DNA of 64,000 nucleotides, from the NCBI GenBank assembly GCA_951406725.2, contig OX597825.1, positions 4,464,001 to 4,528,000 of the forward strand, written 5' to 3'. Below the pieces are notes generated by a model. That model searched no databases, was not told the DNA's origin, and saw nothing but the letters and a program-made list of their open reading frames with translations. The position numbers were made by a program, and so were the translations under genes. The number at the start of each line of letters is the position of its first letter. The stretch's first letter is position 1. The DNA is from Octopus vulgaris (lineage: Eukaryota). Of the stretch, positions 26,128-41,621 are shown in pieces.

Positions 26128-29001
26128 TTATATACTTACGTATAGAGATACATAAAATGCATACGTGTGTGTGTGTGTTTGTATGTGTGTGTGTTAATTC
26201 AAAGTAAACAGGTAATTAGAATATTACTAAAATCAATTTGTAACAGAGAATCTAAACAATATCAGAATTTGAACCACGTCTCTTTGCTTTCAGGGTGGGA
26301 ATATTACTAATGAACACCTACAGGTCTTACGAAACTCTTGAAATAAATAAATAGCTTTTTTTTCTACTCTGCCGTTTTTTTTATGTATTTCAGCTTTATT
26401 TTTTTTTTTTTTATCTTAACGAAATAATTTGTCCCCAGAAATTGTAGAAAAGATTACCTCCCCGTTTCAGTATATAAACATAATATCGTATAATTCTTAA
26501 TGTCAGCACCACGAAGACTCTATCCACCGAAGTATGATGTTAAGAACAAGAAATAATGAGAGGAATCCAATTATTAATGAATTAATGGTGAATAATCCTG
26601 AGGAAAACATAGAGTTCCAGTGAAACCGTTCAAATTGATGTTTATTTCAAAACAGGCGCTTATGGTTTCAAATAAACTACTTAAAGATAATCAATCACTG
26701 AAAATCATGTACTCTAAATCACTAGAGATAGCTGAGAAATAATGTTCTGTCTCATTCTAGTCTTGTGTAATTCGCTACGAAATCCTTTAATCACTACAAA
26801 TGGTAGAGTTCAGGTTGTATGATGAATTATAATATCTGTAACAGAAAGAAACTGCATCTGGAAGACTAGCATTCGCTGCAGAGTTATAAAATATTTTAAC
26901 TCGAAAGACATGCTGAATATCCACAAAGTTTAGGTGAAAACGGTAAATGAAAAGGGTTTTTTTCCATGCTTTAGAAAGTGCTACACTCAATATCCCTCCG
27001 TCCATCACAAAGTAGCCAGTGCGTCCAGTGTGTCCTTCAAGTACAGACTCAACGACATGCTTCAAACTCTGGACAAGATAGAATCTCTTCTCCGTATTTT
27101 TTAGGTACCTTCTCAGTGGTACCTACCTAAATGTCATTACCTTGCCACAAAGCCGACTCATGAAACTAATAAGAGCTACAAAAGTGAGAGTTTCTGTCGG
27201 TTCTAACTCGATTTGGTTGAAATTCCAGCCAACATATCATTATATCATTGCCGCCATCATAGAAAGCGTCACATTTTATAATTTGCCCGGCTTAACCGCA
27301 CCCAAGGAAAGGTAGTGTTGTCACATCTGGAATGTCTCTGATCATATGTTAATTTCATCGAGGTTGATGTTCGGTTAAAATGCAACAAGACATACTTATC
27401 TTTTTCTTCTTATCACATAGTCCTCACCCTAATCACCATCCTCTGATTTTCCTAAAAAGAATAATATAACTATGGGATTCCGTCCTTTCCAAGGTAACTA
27501 TTGACTGATATTTATCCTCAGATAACATCAACCACATAACGCTCACTATTTTTGGATGGTCAGCAAAGATTGTGCCACTCTTTCCTTCCCCATGCTATAA
27601 TGTGTGCGCATGTTCATACATGTAGTCATGTATTAATCAATGCATTTTTGTTATTTCATTTTGGCTAAATAGTATATTGAACCAGGTGGTATTCCTTTGT
27701 TTTGTTAGTTGTCTATTTGTGAGATCTTGGATACGTATCATAATTTATTAAGCATCATATCGCTCTTCGAAGATATTCACAAAATGAATATTTGCCTATC
27801 AGAGTTTGGATATTTGTCTCAAGAACGAATATCACGATACACTCAAAACATTAATGAGAGAGAAAAAATAAAAACACAGAAAATTTTTTTCAGGAATCGA
27901 GCTAAAATCTCTTAATTCAAACTAAAAAAGAAATATTCTTACTGATACACAGAGAAATAGAAATACATTAAGAACTCCAAATACGTAAATACGACATGGC
28001 CATCTATCATAAAACTACTCTAAACTATGCGCCAGAAATCACTCCACCATGCAAACAATATACAGTATGGATGATTAATGATTTATACAAATTATTCTTG
28101 TACAATTTGATAATCATCGTCATATAAGCAAGAAAATCTAATGAGAAGTACAGATGGTTAAGTGAACCGTAAATATAAGCCTCTCTATTTTGACAGAGTG
28201 TATGCTCCAATGAATAAAATAAAAGTATAATCGATAAAGACGAATTTTTTTCATGAATACAAACAACTTGTATAAAAAACAACAACAATTCATGAGAAAC
28301 TTATTGATAGATGGGTATCTCAACACGCCCTTAACTAACAAAACTTATGAAGGACAATATTAAAAACTAATCATACAATGGTAAACTTTCATAAAAAGCA
28401 AACAAAAGAACCAATCAAAGGAGATAATGTATATTCTGGCCTGACTGTCAAAATGGGGAGGAATTCGAGTCCTGAAATTGGGGTTAGGCTTACACTATGT
28501 ATGTGAATGTGTGTGCGTATGTGTTGCATGTAAGTGCTTGTAAACGTCTGTGAATATATAGATTATAAATGCTTCCACTCTATACCAAATTCCTCTCAAA
28601 TATTCTTCAACTTGTCATTCAACTCGGGACAATAAAATGTAGGATCACGTCTCGACCAATCGGACTACTTACACTGAGTAATATTCATATTTCTACAACC
28701 CTGTGTAAAAAAAGCAAATTGTTCCTACAAACTAAATTTAACATTTATCTTTTCTCATGTCTAACACTGTAATAGAAAAATACACGAGGGGCGCTCCATA
28801 GAAGTCTCTTTAACTACAAGTAACAGCAGCTAAGTCTTCATCATCAGACACCATACTGCCTAAAAAAAAGGAAGAGACACAGAGGGAAATGTGGATCTGT
28901 TTGAAAAGCGACAGATCTCAACAAGTGAAGTTAAACAACATTCACTTCTGAGACACTTAAGAGTATACATATAAACAGTTTTGCTCAAGCAAGCACAGAA
29001 A

Positions 29002-29165
<164 letters not shown>

Positions 29166-29999
29166 GTGAGAGAGAGGGAGAATGAGAGAGAGGTGAGAAA
29201 TTATATCCATATTCTGATATGCACATTATTACATGTCTAATTCACAATGAACCTATTAACCCAGAAGTAATTTCTTATTACACCAACAGGAAATTAGTAA
29301 TTAATCAAATCAATAATATGGAAGAGTTTTACATACACTCAGACCACGCCGACATTATTTGAATACAACATCTCTAATTCTTGTGACAATTATATTTAAC
29401 ACTCTTTCACTACGGTTGCATCAGGTGAATGCTCTATAATCACCTGTTCTTGAAATATTCTTAGTTAATTTGTATAATTATATTTCAAGTAATTTAATTT
29501 CATTTGTAAATTACGAGCAAGTATTGCCCATTAATTATGTTTTGGTTTCTTCTAATATATTTGTCTCTTTTGTTCTCTTAGTTTTTGCTTTCGCTTTAGT
29601 TCATCTTTCGTAAAAACTAAGTCAATACGTGTCTCTCTCTCTAGAGAAATACATTGAACAAAGATTACTATATTGAATATCTCATTGTCAGTCGTAACAC
29701 CACCAACACGAACATTTCTATGGAAAATGCTCGAACATTTCAAAGGCAAAAACTGAAGTGAATGGGTAGATTCCTTGACATTATAACTGCTCCTATAAAA
29801 TAACAGCAGAATCACTTTCAAATCAGACCTATCACTGTGTAAAGCAGGTTGAAGATAGTGGGTTATGTATTTCAGAAATATAATATGGTAAAGTTTGGAG
29901 CGAATGTTATAAGTTTTGGGATCCGAGATGGCCTGAGATCAGAAATGTCCTGCAACCCCACAAACCGTTACAAGTTATGATTAGCAATTATAAGAGGCA

Positions 30000-30210
30000 T
30001 GCCTCAAACAATTCTTTCTACTATAGGCATAAATCTTAGACATTTTCGAGAGTGAGGGAAGGCAACCTGTACCTCCTTCATCGACCCCGAAAAGAGGAAA
30101 TGATAAGACTACTTGGCGAAATTTGAACCCAGAACATAAAGAGCTGGAAGTAATGATGTTCATCATGATGCCTAGCACGCTAACGATTCAGCCAGGTTAC
30201 TGCCTTGCAC
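30000..30210 (-). mobile_element. SINE family A copy (reverse)
   Basis: atcgaccccgaaa...ggcgaaatttgaacccagaac...ctaacgattc...actgcctt. Confidence 0.7.
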
Positions 30211-31094
30211 CTCACGAATAATAAAGCTGTTACTTTCTTCTTAGATTTAACTTCAAAGTTGTATTTGTCATTTCGTTCATGATACAGAGTTGTTCACGCA
30301 AACAGGCTAATGATAGCATATTTTATAAACATCGCTGCTGCTAGATATCAGCTATATAAGCAATCGATTCGGCAATGCATTTCCGGTACCGCAACGCAGG
30401 AATTTTACAGTATCGTATCTGATAATATGAGTAATTTTCTTGGCTGTCATTCCATGTAGACAGTAAATAACACGCCTGCATGTCGAGTTTAAAATAGTTT
30501 ACGTGATCACTCGTTGTGTGATTAATGATTGCTATAATTATCGCGTGTATGTCGGAAAACATTAACATCAGCCACTTAATTTAATGTTAGCGATATTAAA
30601 CCAAATGCATTTCAACAGAAACCAATACACTATGATATTCGAAAGATAAGATTGAGCCCAGTAATTTAAATGGAAGCATGCATTTTAGAGAACCTTTCTC
30701 TTGGTACACAATTTGCTAACACATTGTCGGTGAATTTAATTACGTGCAAACCGTGTTGAGATGATATTTTAATAATACTGACGCTTTACAGGTGTCTGTG
30801 AAGCTGGTATCACGATTACAGCTGATAGAATACATGTTTAGGCATACGTATACATACATACACACATACACGCATACACAAACTGATATGACACGAACAG
30901 ACATGCATATGAATATGTGTATATATATATACATATATCTAGTATTCGAGACTTAATTCGTAGGTCAGTTTAATACCCATATTGTTGATGTAGGGGCATG
31001 TGTTACATCGTCGGTGAGAACATTTAATGGCCCCTGGTTGTGCGGAGCTGTGAAACCTCTAAATGTGACTACAGGAGATAAAATTCTGTCGAGG

Positions 31095-31644
31095 TAGGAA
31101 GATAAATGGTCTGTGGAGAAATTCCACACCGTCTCCTCTGTCTTTTAAAAAAGATAGGAGTCTTAGAAATCTCCTTGTTAAAAGCTTCACACCTCCCAGC
31201 TCTGCACAACCAGGAACATTTAAATGTTCTCACCGACAATATAACACATGCCCTTACATCAACAATATTACCACCATCACGGGTCCCAAGAAGCAATATC
31301 ACATAGCACACCATTTCTCTTGCACTACGGTGAATCTCATATATTGCATTATGTGCAAATTCTGCGGTGCTCTTCACATTGGAGAAACAGGGCGACGCCT
31401 TGGGGATCACTCTCACGAACACATGCAAGGCATAATGCTACGTGTGCCAGGTCAACCTGTCGCCACCCACTTCACCACTATGAATCATTCCATTGCAGAT
31501 TTATCAGTGTGTGGCATGGCCTTGCACAACGGACCCTACTTCTCTAGGAAACAAAAGGAGCCAAGTCTCATACTTGATCTTAGCATTCTGTCCCTGACAC
31601 CTACGAATGAACGTTTTTCCATTCATTCTTTCACCACCTCTTAA
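31095..31644 (+). pseudogene. Penelope-like element relic: Cys-rich linker and GIY-YIG endonuclease (Neptune-like)
   Basis: One frame reads PGTFKCSHRQYNTCPYI...ITGP...FSCTTVNLIYCIMCKFCGALHIGETGRRLGDH..EH...PVATHF...RKQKE. Confidence 0.9.
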
Positions 31645-31886
31645 TTCTTTTTTACCCTTTTCTATCCTCCTTCCACCCTCTCTCTGCAACATTCCCGTAT
31701 TTACCAACCTCTACTCTCACCATCACCCTTTTCGTTCTTCTTTCCGTACGTCCTCTCCTGTAAATTTGTTGCACGTAAGCAGTCCGCGTTATTCTGCGTC
31801 CATTATTAGCTGCAGACAGTGTTTCAAGCTGAGAGGATGTAAATTCTCTTTGATTTTTTTCTACTTTTCTTTTCTTTTCCTCTGCC

Positions 31887-31917
31887 CCCTGACGAAGGAT
31901 TGAATCCGTAACATTGG
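31887..31917 (+). ncRNA. Decayed PLE pLTR hammerhead
   Basis: CC CUGACGA A GGAU-UGA-AUCC GUAAC AUU GG, two substitutions from GAAAC GUU. Lies ~245 nt after the GIY-YIG stop. Confidence 0.65.
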
Positions 31918-32132
31918 ATATTCCACTTCTAATATACTGAAACACTCGATGGTTTGACTAAATCCTTGTATCAGTACATATATTTTCACCATATAAATTT
32001 ATGGCACATTTAGCGAAATGCTATTGCGTATATTAAAAATATACATCCATCTATCCATCCATCCATACATACATACATACATACAGATATATATGTGTGT
32101 GTGTGTGTATTTTTGTGTGTGAGTGTATGTGG

Positions 32133-32179
<47 letters not shown>

Positions 32180-32454
32180 AGGTAAAATATTTACTAATTA
32201 GATTTTTATATAACATTATAGTAAGCTATCGAATTTTGTCCAATTCTATTATTGCCTTCTTCGTTTGAAAGCTGCGCATTCGTATTTAAGTTGAAACAAT
32301 AGGTTCTCATAGAATAATTTGCATTAAACACTATCTTTCTCTGAGTTTCATGTGTATGTGTGTCACTTGCCACTCACCCTCTCCCTCCCTCTGTATATGT
32401 TTATATGCACGCATACACACACTCAATCATGTATATATATATACGCTTTGATAT

Positions 32455-32497
<43 letters not shown>

Positions 32498-32533
32498 TAT
32501 ATATATACCTTATATACATATATATATATATAT

Positions 32534-32588
<55 letters not shown>

Positions 32589-33376
32589 TATATACATATA
32601 TACACTGTAATTACCTGCGTACATAAATACATCATACATACATACATGCATACATACACACACATGTACGTACGTACGTACATACATATTCTCTTTCAGT
32701 ATATTTAACAACTCGGTTCTCGCAGAGTTCGTTTATTTCCCTACTATGTTGTGCTTTGAAAAGTTTTCCTCTGATATTCATTTTCAATAAAACGAATATT
32801 GCTTCCTTTATAATCCGTGAGTAATGATAGTAGCAGTGACGTATTGACAAGTTGCGTGGGTTTCATCTGAAAATTTTGAATACTTTTATGTTAATATCGT
32901 TGTTTAAATACATCTAACATATTGTTTACAGTCGATTTCCTGTCGATTCACCAATACACCATAAACATCTTATAATGATTTCACTATTGTAAAGAAGAAT
33001 AAAATCTGAAATTCTGCATTTCAAAATGTGAACATGAATATAATCTGTGAATGGTTCACTAAACATATTTTTCCGAAATTTCTATAGTCGGGTTTAGAAT
33101 GGTTTCGACAATAAACTCTCTAATGGCTTACCAATATTGCGACATTTCTTGATTTGAGGGGAAGTGCAAATGTCATGTGATCTAAGCATACTTAATTCCT
33201 AAGGCGATGATAATTTAGTGAATAGGTGTTTCGATTCTTGTTACACCACATGTATGTATACATATATACATACATATATATACATATTATACAAATATAT
33301 ATATTTATATACATATATATACACATATATATGTATGTATATATATATATATAAGTATATGTATGCATATACAAAA

Positions 33377-33425
<49 letters not shown>

Positions 33426-34429
33426 CTGTGAGTGTGTGTGTACTTATATAGGATGATATATATATGTATGCCTTTACTTAGGTATGTATAATGATAAGTG
33501 ATGATAAAACTTCACATAAAAATAGACAATCATTGCATTTGTAAGACATTCTACCGTAGGTTACATGCGGCAAAAGACTTAGCTAGTTGAAGTGATTGTA
33601 TATAGAGCAAATGAAATTTCTTAAAGGAATTCATATTGTGTAGGAAATATGAACTGGCATTGGTATTCGTTGCTGTATACACAAAGAACTTTTGGTAAGA
33701 TGAATGCATTTGTCAAGAGACATTAGATGTTGTTTACATGCCGAAATGTAGATTATGGTGGCTAATATCAAGAACATGTAGAAGCTACATGAATACTGGA
33801 AATGCGAAATTGCAAATTGACAATCATAACATAAAGGAAAGTATACATATGTTTCTAAAGGTTCGTATGTGTATGTCTGTGTCAACGTATACACACTCAC
33901 GCATGCGCATATTGAGTGAGTGAGAGAACATGCAGGAATGCACACAAATCCATAATGAAGCATGCATTTATGCTTATTGACATAAACGTATTTATTTTAT
34001 GTATTCACTGAAGGTTATATAAGAATTTACGGTTTTCCTTTGGCAACTCACGCATAAGCACGGCATGCATAGTTACACATATCACTCACATACAGGCATA
34101 CTCACATACACACACACACACTGGCAGGCAGACATACACTCGCATGTCATGGATACATTGCCCGTTCATAGGATCTTTTACGTTTTATTTTTTAGTTGTT
34201 TCAATTGTTAGACCACGGCCACCATCTTGAAGAGTCTTTAGTTGAACAAATCGATCCCCGTCCTTATTTTATCGTTCTCTTCAACGAAAAGTATTAAATT
34301 AAATTAATTTTTTTTTAAATGGTGGGATGAAAAGGCCTACTATCTCTAAGTAAAAAAAAAATATATTTCCTCATTGAGAATAATTTGAACCCCTGTGATG
34401 CCGGTATTTTTATTCCCTAAGATCGTTAA

Positions 34430-34605
34430 CCACTACACACATTTTATTCTTTCCTTGTTTCTCTCCTTGTTTTTTTCTGTGTCCCTTTCTGTAGTAGAGC
34501 GTAGGCTCGAAACGTAAAATACTTTTTCTATTCCTGAGCGGTTTACTAATACATCTGTTTGTTTTGTACACCACCTGCCTTCGTCTTTTGTTTTTTTCGT
34601 AATTA
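34430..34605 (+). mobile_element. Second copy of the HHR-bearing repeat (motif at 34486-34519)
   Basis: UUU CUGUAGU A GAGC-GUAG-GCUC GAAAC GUA AAA; downstream sequence homologous to 15887-15975. Confidence 0.7.
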
Positions 34606-34867
34606 TAAACGGCAAATTTTAGCTATTTCGGTGTAGATTGAAAAAGAATGATGAACAACCTTAATCAATATTGGAACCTTATTGGGTTCTCATCAGAGGC
34701 GTCTACGCCATTCCCCGGAGAAACAAGCAGCCAGTGTTTATGTACTCAACAAATGCAGCAGTTACTCTATGAAGGAGTTTCTAATTTGCATAGCGAAAGT
34801 GTTTAACACTCTGTTGATAGATAGATAGACAGATAGAAAAAAGATAGATAGATAGATAGATAGATAC

Positions 34868-34901
<34 letters not shown>

Positions 34902-34947
34902 TGATAGAAAGATGGATAGAAAGAACGATAGATAGGTAGATAGATAA

Positions 34948-35075
34948 GCCGTCGAGGTTGACTTTGCCTTTCATTTACCAGGTTCGATAAAATAACTACC
35001 GGTTACATACTGGGGTCAATGTAATCCAGTGTACCCCTCACCCAAATTTCAGGCTTTGTGCCTATAATAACAAGA
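34948..35075 (+). mobile_element. SINE family A 3' fragment after a GATA/GAAA repeat
   Basis: gaggttgactttgcctttcat...gataaa...ctggggtcaatgtaatc. Confidence 0.75.
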
Positions 35076-35527
35076 AATATAATTATCATTATTCTCAGTA
35101 ATAGTAGTAGTAGCAGTTGTATTAATAGAAAATGGTGCTAAGCCAGTGATATTCATTGGGAGATGATTTCAGCTTTTGGCCACAGTTTACATCCATGTTA
35201 CAGTAAGTTTTCATTATAGAAGTGAGTGTAGCACTGCTTTACTTCTTTCGTGCGCCATATAGAAGACCATGGTACATTCTCTGAAGTTTTATGATTAGGA
35301 TATGTATTTATATATGCATAATTTGTCTTCTCTTTATGATGTCCGATATCTCTGAATACCAGCATATTGTTGATAGTGTTTTTGCTACGAGAAAATAAGT
35401 TGCAGCCGTTGCTGATCAGTTTCTGTGTTTGTTGTTGTTGTTTTTGTAGTGGATGCTATGGTGTCTGTTTCTTTGTCCGTGTTTTTATTTTCACTGACCA
35501 TACATCTATCCCCTGCGTAGAACATTG

Positions 35528-35714
35528 CTATCGTTGACGCTGATGCCGTTGTTCTTTGCCATTATGGTAAGCCTGGTCGAGCAAAACTATAGTTACAGAC
35601 ACTAGATTTGAGACTCTTCTTAATTTTGCTTTTATATTGATATTTAGTATAACCTGTGAAGGCGCATGGCTCAATGGTTAGAGCGTCGAGCTTACGATCG
35701 TGAGGTTGTGAGTT
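35528..35714 (+). repeat. ~185-bp direct duplicate of 40339-40523 (flank plus SINE C head)
   Basis: Near-identical gccattatggtaagcctggtcgagcaaaactata...cctgtgaaggc...gaggttgtgagtt at both sites. Confidence 0.9.
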
Positions 35715-36985
35715 GTATCAGTTGTTGCCGCTAATGCCCTACTTTCATTAGGTATTCTTCCTCATTCTTGCCTCTTCAGAATGAAACAGTTTACCTGAGC
35801 CTTCTTACTGACATCATTTTCCTCAGAAAATAATTTTAATAACATTTTTTTACGAAAATTTTCAAAAACATTTTGAGCTACTAACATGAGATAAAACAGG
35901 AAAATTATCAGCTCTGTGTGATTCTGCCCAGGTTTGAAAGCATAGTGAAACACCTGAACAAATAAGTATTTAAATATGAAATAACACTAAATACACAGAG
36001 CTATGTAAATGGACACTGGAAACTTAAATGCTGGCGCTGGTATTGAGGCTAATACTGCTACTGCTACTACTACTACTACACTAATAATGATAATAACAAC
36101 AACAACAGCATTAACAATAATAACAATAATAAAAGAAAATTGTTATGTATATATGCACAAAAAGTTATATTTATCTATTTGGGAAATCACTATCCAGAAG
36201 AAAGAAGGCGAAAAAATATAAACCACAAAATGCTGCCCAAAAATATAGTTTGCTTTCATTTACAAAAGATAAATAATATTGATTGATGGTCAGAACACAG
36301 TCTGCAAGTCAACTTCACCAAATATATAGAGATATTCACAAATACAAACGAGTTCTTTATTTCAAAAGAACAAGAAAGTCTTTCAGGACATTTTTAACTA
36401 TTGATTAATTTGCGTGTTTAGATTCTACTGTGTGTATTTGCGAAAATCTTTAGATGTATATATCTTGATTAGCTATCAATATACAGGTATTTGCGTCATT
36501 CTACCTCTCTTTCTCTTCCTTTGTGTAAGTACGTGTGATTGGATGAGGGACTGTTAGCATGCATACACACATGTTACGTGTGTTTGAAGTGTGCATCTAT
36601 ATGCAGCGAATATATGTGTGTGTATATATAAATATATATATGCATACATATATTTATATGATATATCTTTGCTGTGTCTTTGTAATAAGTTTTTACGTTT
36701 CGTAGCTCAACTTTTGCACAGACATAAGCGTGGGCGATTGACATTCTATAAATAATAGTCATGTTTCTCTCAATTCTCCTTCAACGTAAAAAGAAATCAA
36801 GGAATATATTGAGTCATTTAGTTATCGATGTTCTTGGAAAACGTCGCTCTACTCTCGGATCACTTACTTTTGATCATAGGTTGCAACCGATCAAATTTCA
36901 TATGTCGTTAAGCATCTGCTATTCATTTTATCAACAACATAGTCTGGAAGAAACATTCCAGACAGGTTTTAATTAAATACTTAAA

Positions 36986-37420
<435 letters not shown>

Positions 37421-37644
37421 ATCTGTAGCATTTTACCACACAATCATTGTGTCCGAAACTCCATTTCTGTCACCTCACGGAGATGATGGGTATGATAAAA
37501 TTAAAAAGCAACAAACATTACAGGCATGACTGGGAAGTTAAGAACATATATACATACATACATATAATATATATTGTGTATGTTTGTGTGTATGTCTGTG
37601 TCTGTCTGTATCTGTGTGCATGTATGTGTGTGTTAGTGTGTGTG

Positions 37645-37850
37645 GTGAGGGCCTGTCGCTTAATGGTTAGGGGTATACAGCTCCTCATCGTTTGGGCGTG
37701 ATTTCGTTCCCAGGAAGCGCGTTGAGTCCTTCAGAAAGACACTTCTTTACACGTTGCTCCATTCCACTCAGCTGGCAAAAATAATTTGTACCTCTAATTC
37801 AAAAAGGCCAGACATTTTGCATTCTGTGTCACGCTTTTACCTTCTAAGTG
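37645..37850 (+). mobile_element. SINE family C-like copy (degenerate)
   Basis: aatggttag...gacact...cacgttgctcc...cactcagctg matches the head and body of 40464. Confidence 0.6.
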
Positions 37851-38289
37851 TTGCGCCGACATAACTGCTGGCCATTAACTAAAAAAAATGAATAGACAAA
37901 AGATATACGTTGAAATATGTCTATAAGTTTATTATATTTGATACAAAAGATTGTCTCTTTTTATCTCGCCCTTAACAATAACTCTTGTAATTATACTTAC
38001 AATGAAATAGTAGTACATAAAAATATAACAATATCACTACACATACATACACACTTCATAGACATCATGAAAATAGTAATTTGATATCTAGTATAGTAAC
38101 AAAAAAGTAACGTTAAAATTACACGTGGGAGGTATTTCATCCAAACGGGACTCAATAAAATCTGAAATCAAACAAATATTCTTCTCCTGAGATTGGAATA
38201 TTAAAAGAAACTATCGAATATAAAGTAGACACATTATACGCTATTTTAATTCGATGTAATAAATGAAATAGATGATGTTAAAAGCTACT

Positions 38290-38900
38290 CATGTCTTCGA
38301 CTGTCAACACTTGACAGACAGCAGAACTCTGGAAGACGTCTTCATTTCATGCATCTGCAAAATTACGTCCTGTGGATTATATCTCAATATAAATGGCTTT
38401 AATTTATTAATGTTCTTAGTGCTATTTTTTTATGATGTTTCGTCGTCAATTACAGACCGTTTTAAAAATGTTAATGTTTTAATTATGATTTCTATTTAAA
38501 TTGCAAAATGTTTTATGCAATCCATACATGTGGTTTTAATTTTAAAGTGAACAATTTTCTCTGTATTTAAATTTTGTTTCTCTGTTTTTCTTTAGTTTTC
38601 TTTCTTCATTACACATTCTGTTTCAATGTCAATTAGAGTTTTAATGTTAATGTCATGACTTTCTGGTATGGTATTTCAGTGTATTTCTTTTAAATTTAGT
38701 TGGGTTTCATTTTTATATCTCTTTCGCTGCTGGCGAAAATAAATTGCAAAAATATGGATTACTGCTGACTAGGTACAGAGCTTGGCATATTTTATTCTTT
38801 AATTTTTTTCATCGTTTTGCATGTTCCTTAATCCTTAATTGATTGCTCGGTTTCTGATGAACACTTAATCATCTGACAGAGTGGCGAAGCCTGGCAGTTA
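38290..38900 (+). mobile_element. Old PLE 3' relic: GIY-YIG C-terminus-like peptide followed by a decayed hammerhead
   Basis: SRTLEDVFISCICKITSCGLYLN resembles R..E..FI.....P.GLN. At 38854-38899: CUGAUGA A CACU...AGUG GC GAAGC CU GGC AGUU. Confidence 0.4.
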
Positions 38901-39194
38901 ACATAAATCTCAATGTCGTCGACATATGGTAAGCAGAAAATTGTCTTCGTGTGCATGAAATAAATTAGCTAGCTTTGCATTCTGAAAGTTTTTTCTTACG
39001 TTAAAACACGTAAGTTGAAATTTATAATACATACGTACAAACACACACACACACATACATACAAGTATAATATGCATATATATATATGTGTGTGTGTGTG
39101 TATGTATGTATACGTATAAACATATCTCTCTCTCTCTCTGTATATATATATATATATACATACATACACACACATACATACACATATATACTCT

Positions 39195-39365
39195 TTTATT
39201 ATTTTACTTATTTCAGTCATTTGACTGTGGCCATGCTGCAGCACCGTCTTTAGTCGAGCAAATCGACCCCAGGACTTATTCTTTGTAAGCCTAGTACTTA
39301 TTCAATCAGTCTCGTTTGCCGAACCGTAAGCACTCCAGCATCATTTGTGAAGCGATATTGGGGGA
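39195..39365 (-). mobile_element. SINE family B 3' half (reverse)
   Basis: tttcagtcatttgactgtggccatgctg...tcgagcaaatcgaccccaggacttattctttgtaagcctagtac. Confidence 0.9.
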
Positions 39366-39383
39366 CAGACAGACAGACACACA

Positions 39384-39435
<52 letters not shown>

Positions 39436-40463
39436 ACAGTTTCGACAAGTTTCTGGTGTGTAACTTAATATTTCAATAACGATTACATTCTTGAAAATAA
39501 TAAACATATTTGCCTCTCTGGTTGTATTGTATAGTCAATAATATTAGTTATAATAATGCTTCGGTGCATCGGTATAAATTTGACGTTTCTGTATCATTGA
39601 TATTGTTGATTTCATCGACTTTAATACAATTCAAGAACTTAATCTGTCGAATAGGAAGATAAGCGAGATCCCTCAAAATGGTCACTACTATTTAAGAATT
39701 ATATATGAAGAGTACTGTAGCAGCATTCAGTTACCTCCCTTTGTATCCCAGTTACACTCATAGAATAGGGGAATTGCCTTATCCGTTCTCTAATACAGAT
39801 GGAATTGTACTAGTGTGATTCTAAGAATCCATTTGATACATAAGAATAGTAGGAATCATATGACGTATTTATTAATTTCGTTTTGCTGGTGACAGTTGAT
39901 TGCTGTTTATGCACAGGTGGCTTCTGATCAGTGAAACTTATGATTTGTCATAGCTGTGACCATCTAGCGCTTTTTTTGAGCTTATGTGACATTACTTTAG
40001 CCAACATGGCATTGGGTAAAACTGTAGTGTAAAGTTTGTTTGTCATTGCATTCAAACTGAATACTGTGACGATCTTTCTTTCACATGTATTATATTAGCT
40101 GTTATGAAAGCAAGATGCATACTCTTACATCTCTTCTTTAAATTACTACGGTTATTTTCTGAATTTTTTTTAGATGGCTTCTAGATAGATGTACCACTTC
40201 TCTTTGTTCCCTACACTGAGACGTTTGCCTGCATATCCTGAGTTGATTTTAGTATTTTGAAACTTTATACATAAAATAATTCTCCTTTAAAGTATTTTAA
40301 ATCATCGACAGAAATTAATTTTTAGCTTCTTTGATGTTGATATCGTTTGACGCTTATGCCGTTGTTATTTGCCATTATGGTAAGCCTGGTCGAGCAAAAC
40401 TATACATACAAACAATAGATTTGAGACTCTTAATTTTGTTTTTATATTGATATTTCGTATGAC

Positions 40464-40802
40464 CTGTGAAGGCACATGGCTCAATGGTTAGAGCGTCGAG
40501 CTTACGATCGTGAGGTTGTGAGTTCGATTCCCGGACCGGACTACATGTTGTATTCTTGAGCAGGACACTTTATTTCACGTTGCTCCCCTTAACTCAGCTG
40601 TAGAAATGAGTCGCGACATCACTGGTGCCGAGCTGTATCGACCCCTTTGCCTTTCCCTTGGATAACATCAGAGGTGTGAAGAGGAGAGGCTGGAATGCAG
40701 GGGCGACTGCTAGCCTTCTACAAACAACCTTGCCCGGACATGTGCCTCGGAGGGTAACTTTCTAGGTGCAATCCCATGGTCATTCATGACCGAAGGGGGT
40801 CT
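40464..40802 (+). mobile_element. tRNA-derived SINE family C, apparently full length
   Basis: A-box-like tggctcaatgg and B-box gagttcgattccc followed by a ~280-bp non-tRNA body; partial homologues elsewhere in the window. Confidence 0.9.
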
Positions 40803-41542
40803 CCTCAGTATAACCTGCACTATGTTGTGGAATTTGATAATTGAGAAAGCTGTAACTGCTCTTTCTAGCATTTCCAATGATCATATAAAGGCTTCGTCTT
40901 TAATAAAATATAAAGTGATTGTTATACTGTTCAATATTATTATGTGTATCTACTTTATAACAGTATCATTTTTTAGCAACTTCAGATGGAACGCGTACGG
41001 TAGTGTTTGCCCTATAAGTACGTGTATATGTATTTCTGGCAATATATATCTTCAGTGATCTGTAAATGTAGTTGTATTACCTTGAGACATGTTCACATTT
41101 TCCACTAAATATTATCGTACAATATTAAATCCATTACATTATCTATTACAATGTTTCAAAATTTCATTCTTATCTCGAAAATTTCTAATCGAATTATGTG
41201 ATCCATTCTTTGTTCATTCCTGCAACACTGGCATCGATTCCATTATTATTTATCTGGCGATCACATGACATTGGTCGTGTCCAAATAAAACCCAAGGTAT
41301 TTTACAAATATTTTTTTTATGGTGTTCATAAGTCAAAGATGAGCTGGTTGCGTCTAAGAACTTTGCCAGATGTCTGAGATTGGTGGAATCAATGTATATG
41401 CTATTATAATCTTTTCGTGGCAGCTTTTGCGTATTCATTCGATATTATTCGCTGCAAGGTTTCACCGAGAATAAAATGATCGGGCGGTTATTGATTAAGG
41501 AAACTGATTAGATACGCTATTCCGCGAGGAGCGACATGTAGG

Positions 41543-41574
<32 letters not shown>

Positions 41575-41579
41575 CCTAT

Positions 41580-41621
<42 letters not shown>

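Noticed and set aside
26595-26635. CUGAGGA...GAAACCGUUC
   Set aside because: No convincing helix II or helix I.
27950-28330. Possible further GIY-YIG relic (likewise a possible APE relic at 45150-45400, minus strand)
   Set aside because: Only scattered residues match; cannot be distinguished from chance by eye.
34655-34702. Minus-strand CUGAUGA GAACC-CAAUAA-GGUUC hammerhead-like half
   Set aside because: It is followed by CAAU rather than GAAA and helix III is unclear. It may be a dead HHR but cannot be supported.
40464-40540. tRNA-like A and B boxes
   Set aside because: No cloverleaf acceptor stem, and it continues into a repeat body, so it is a SINE head.
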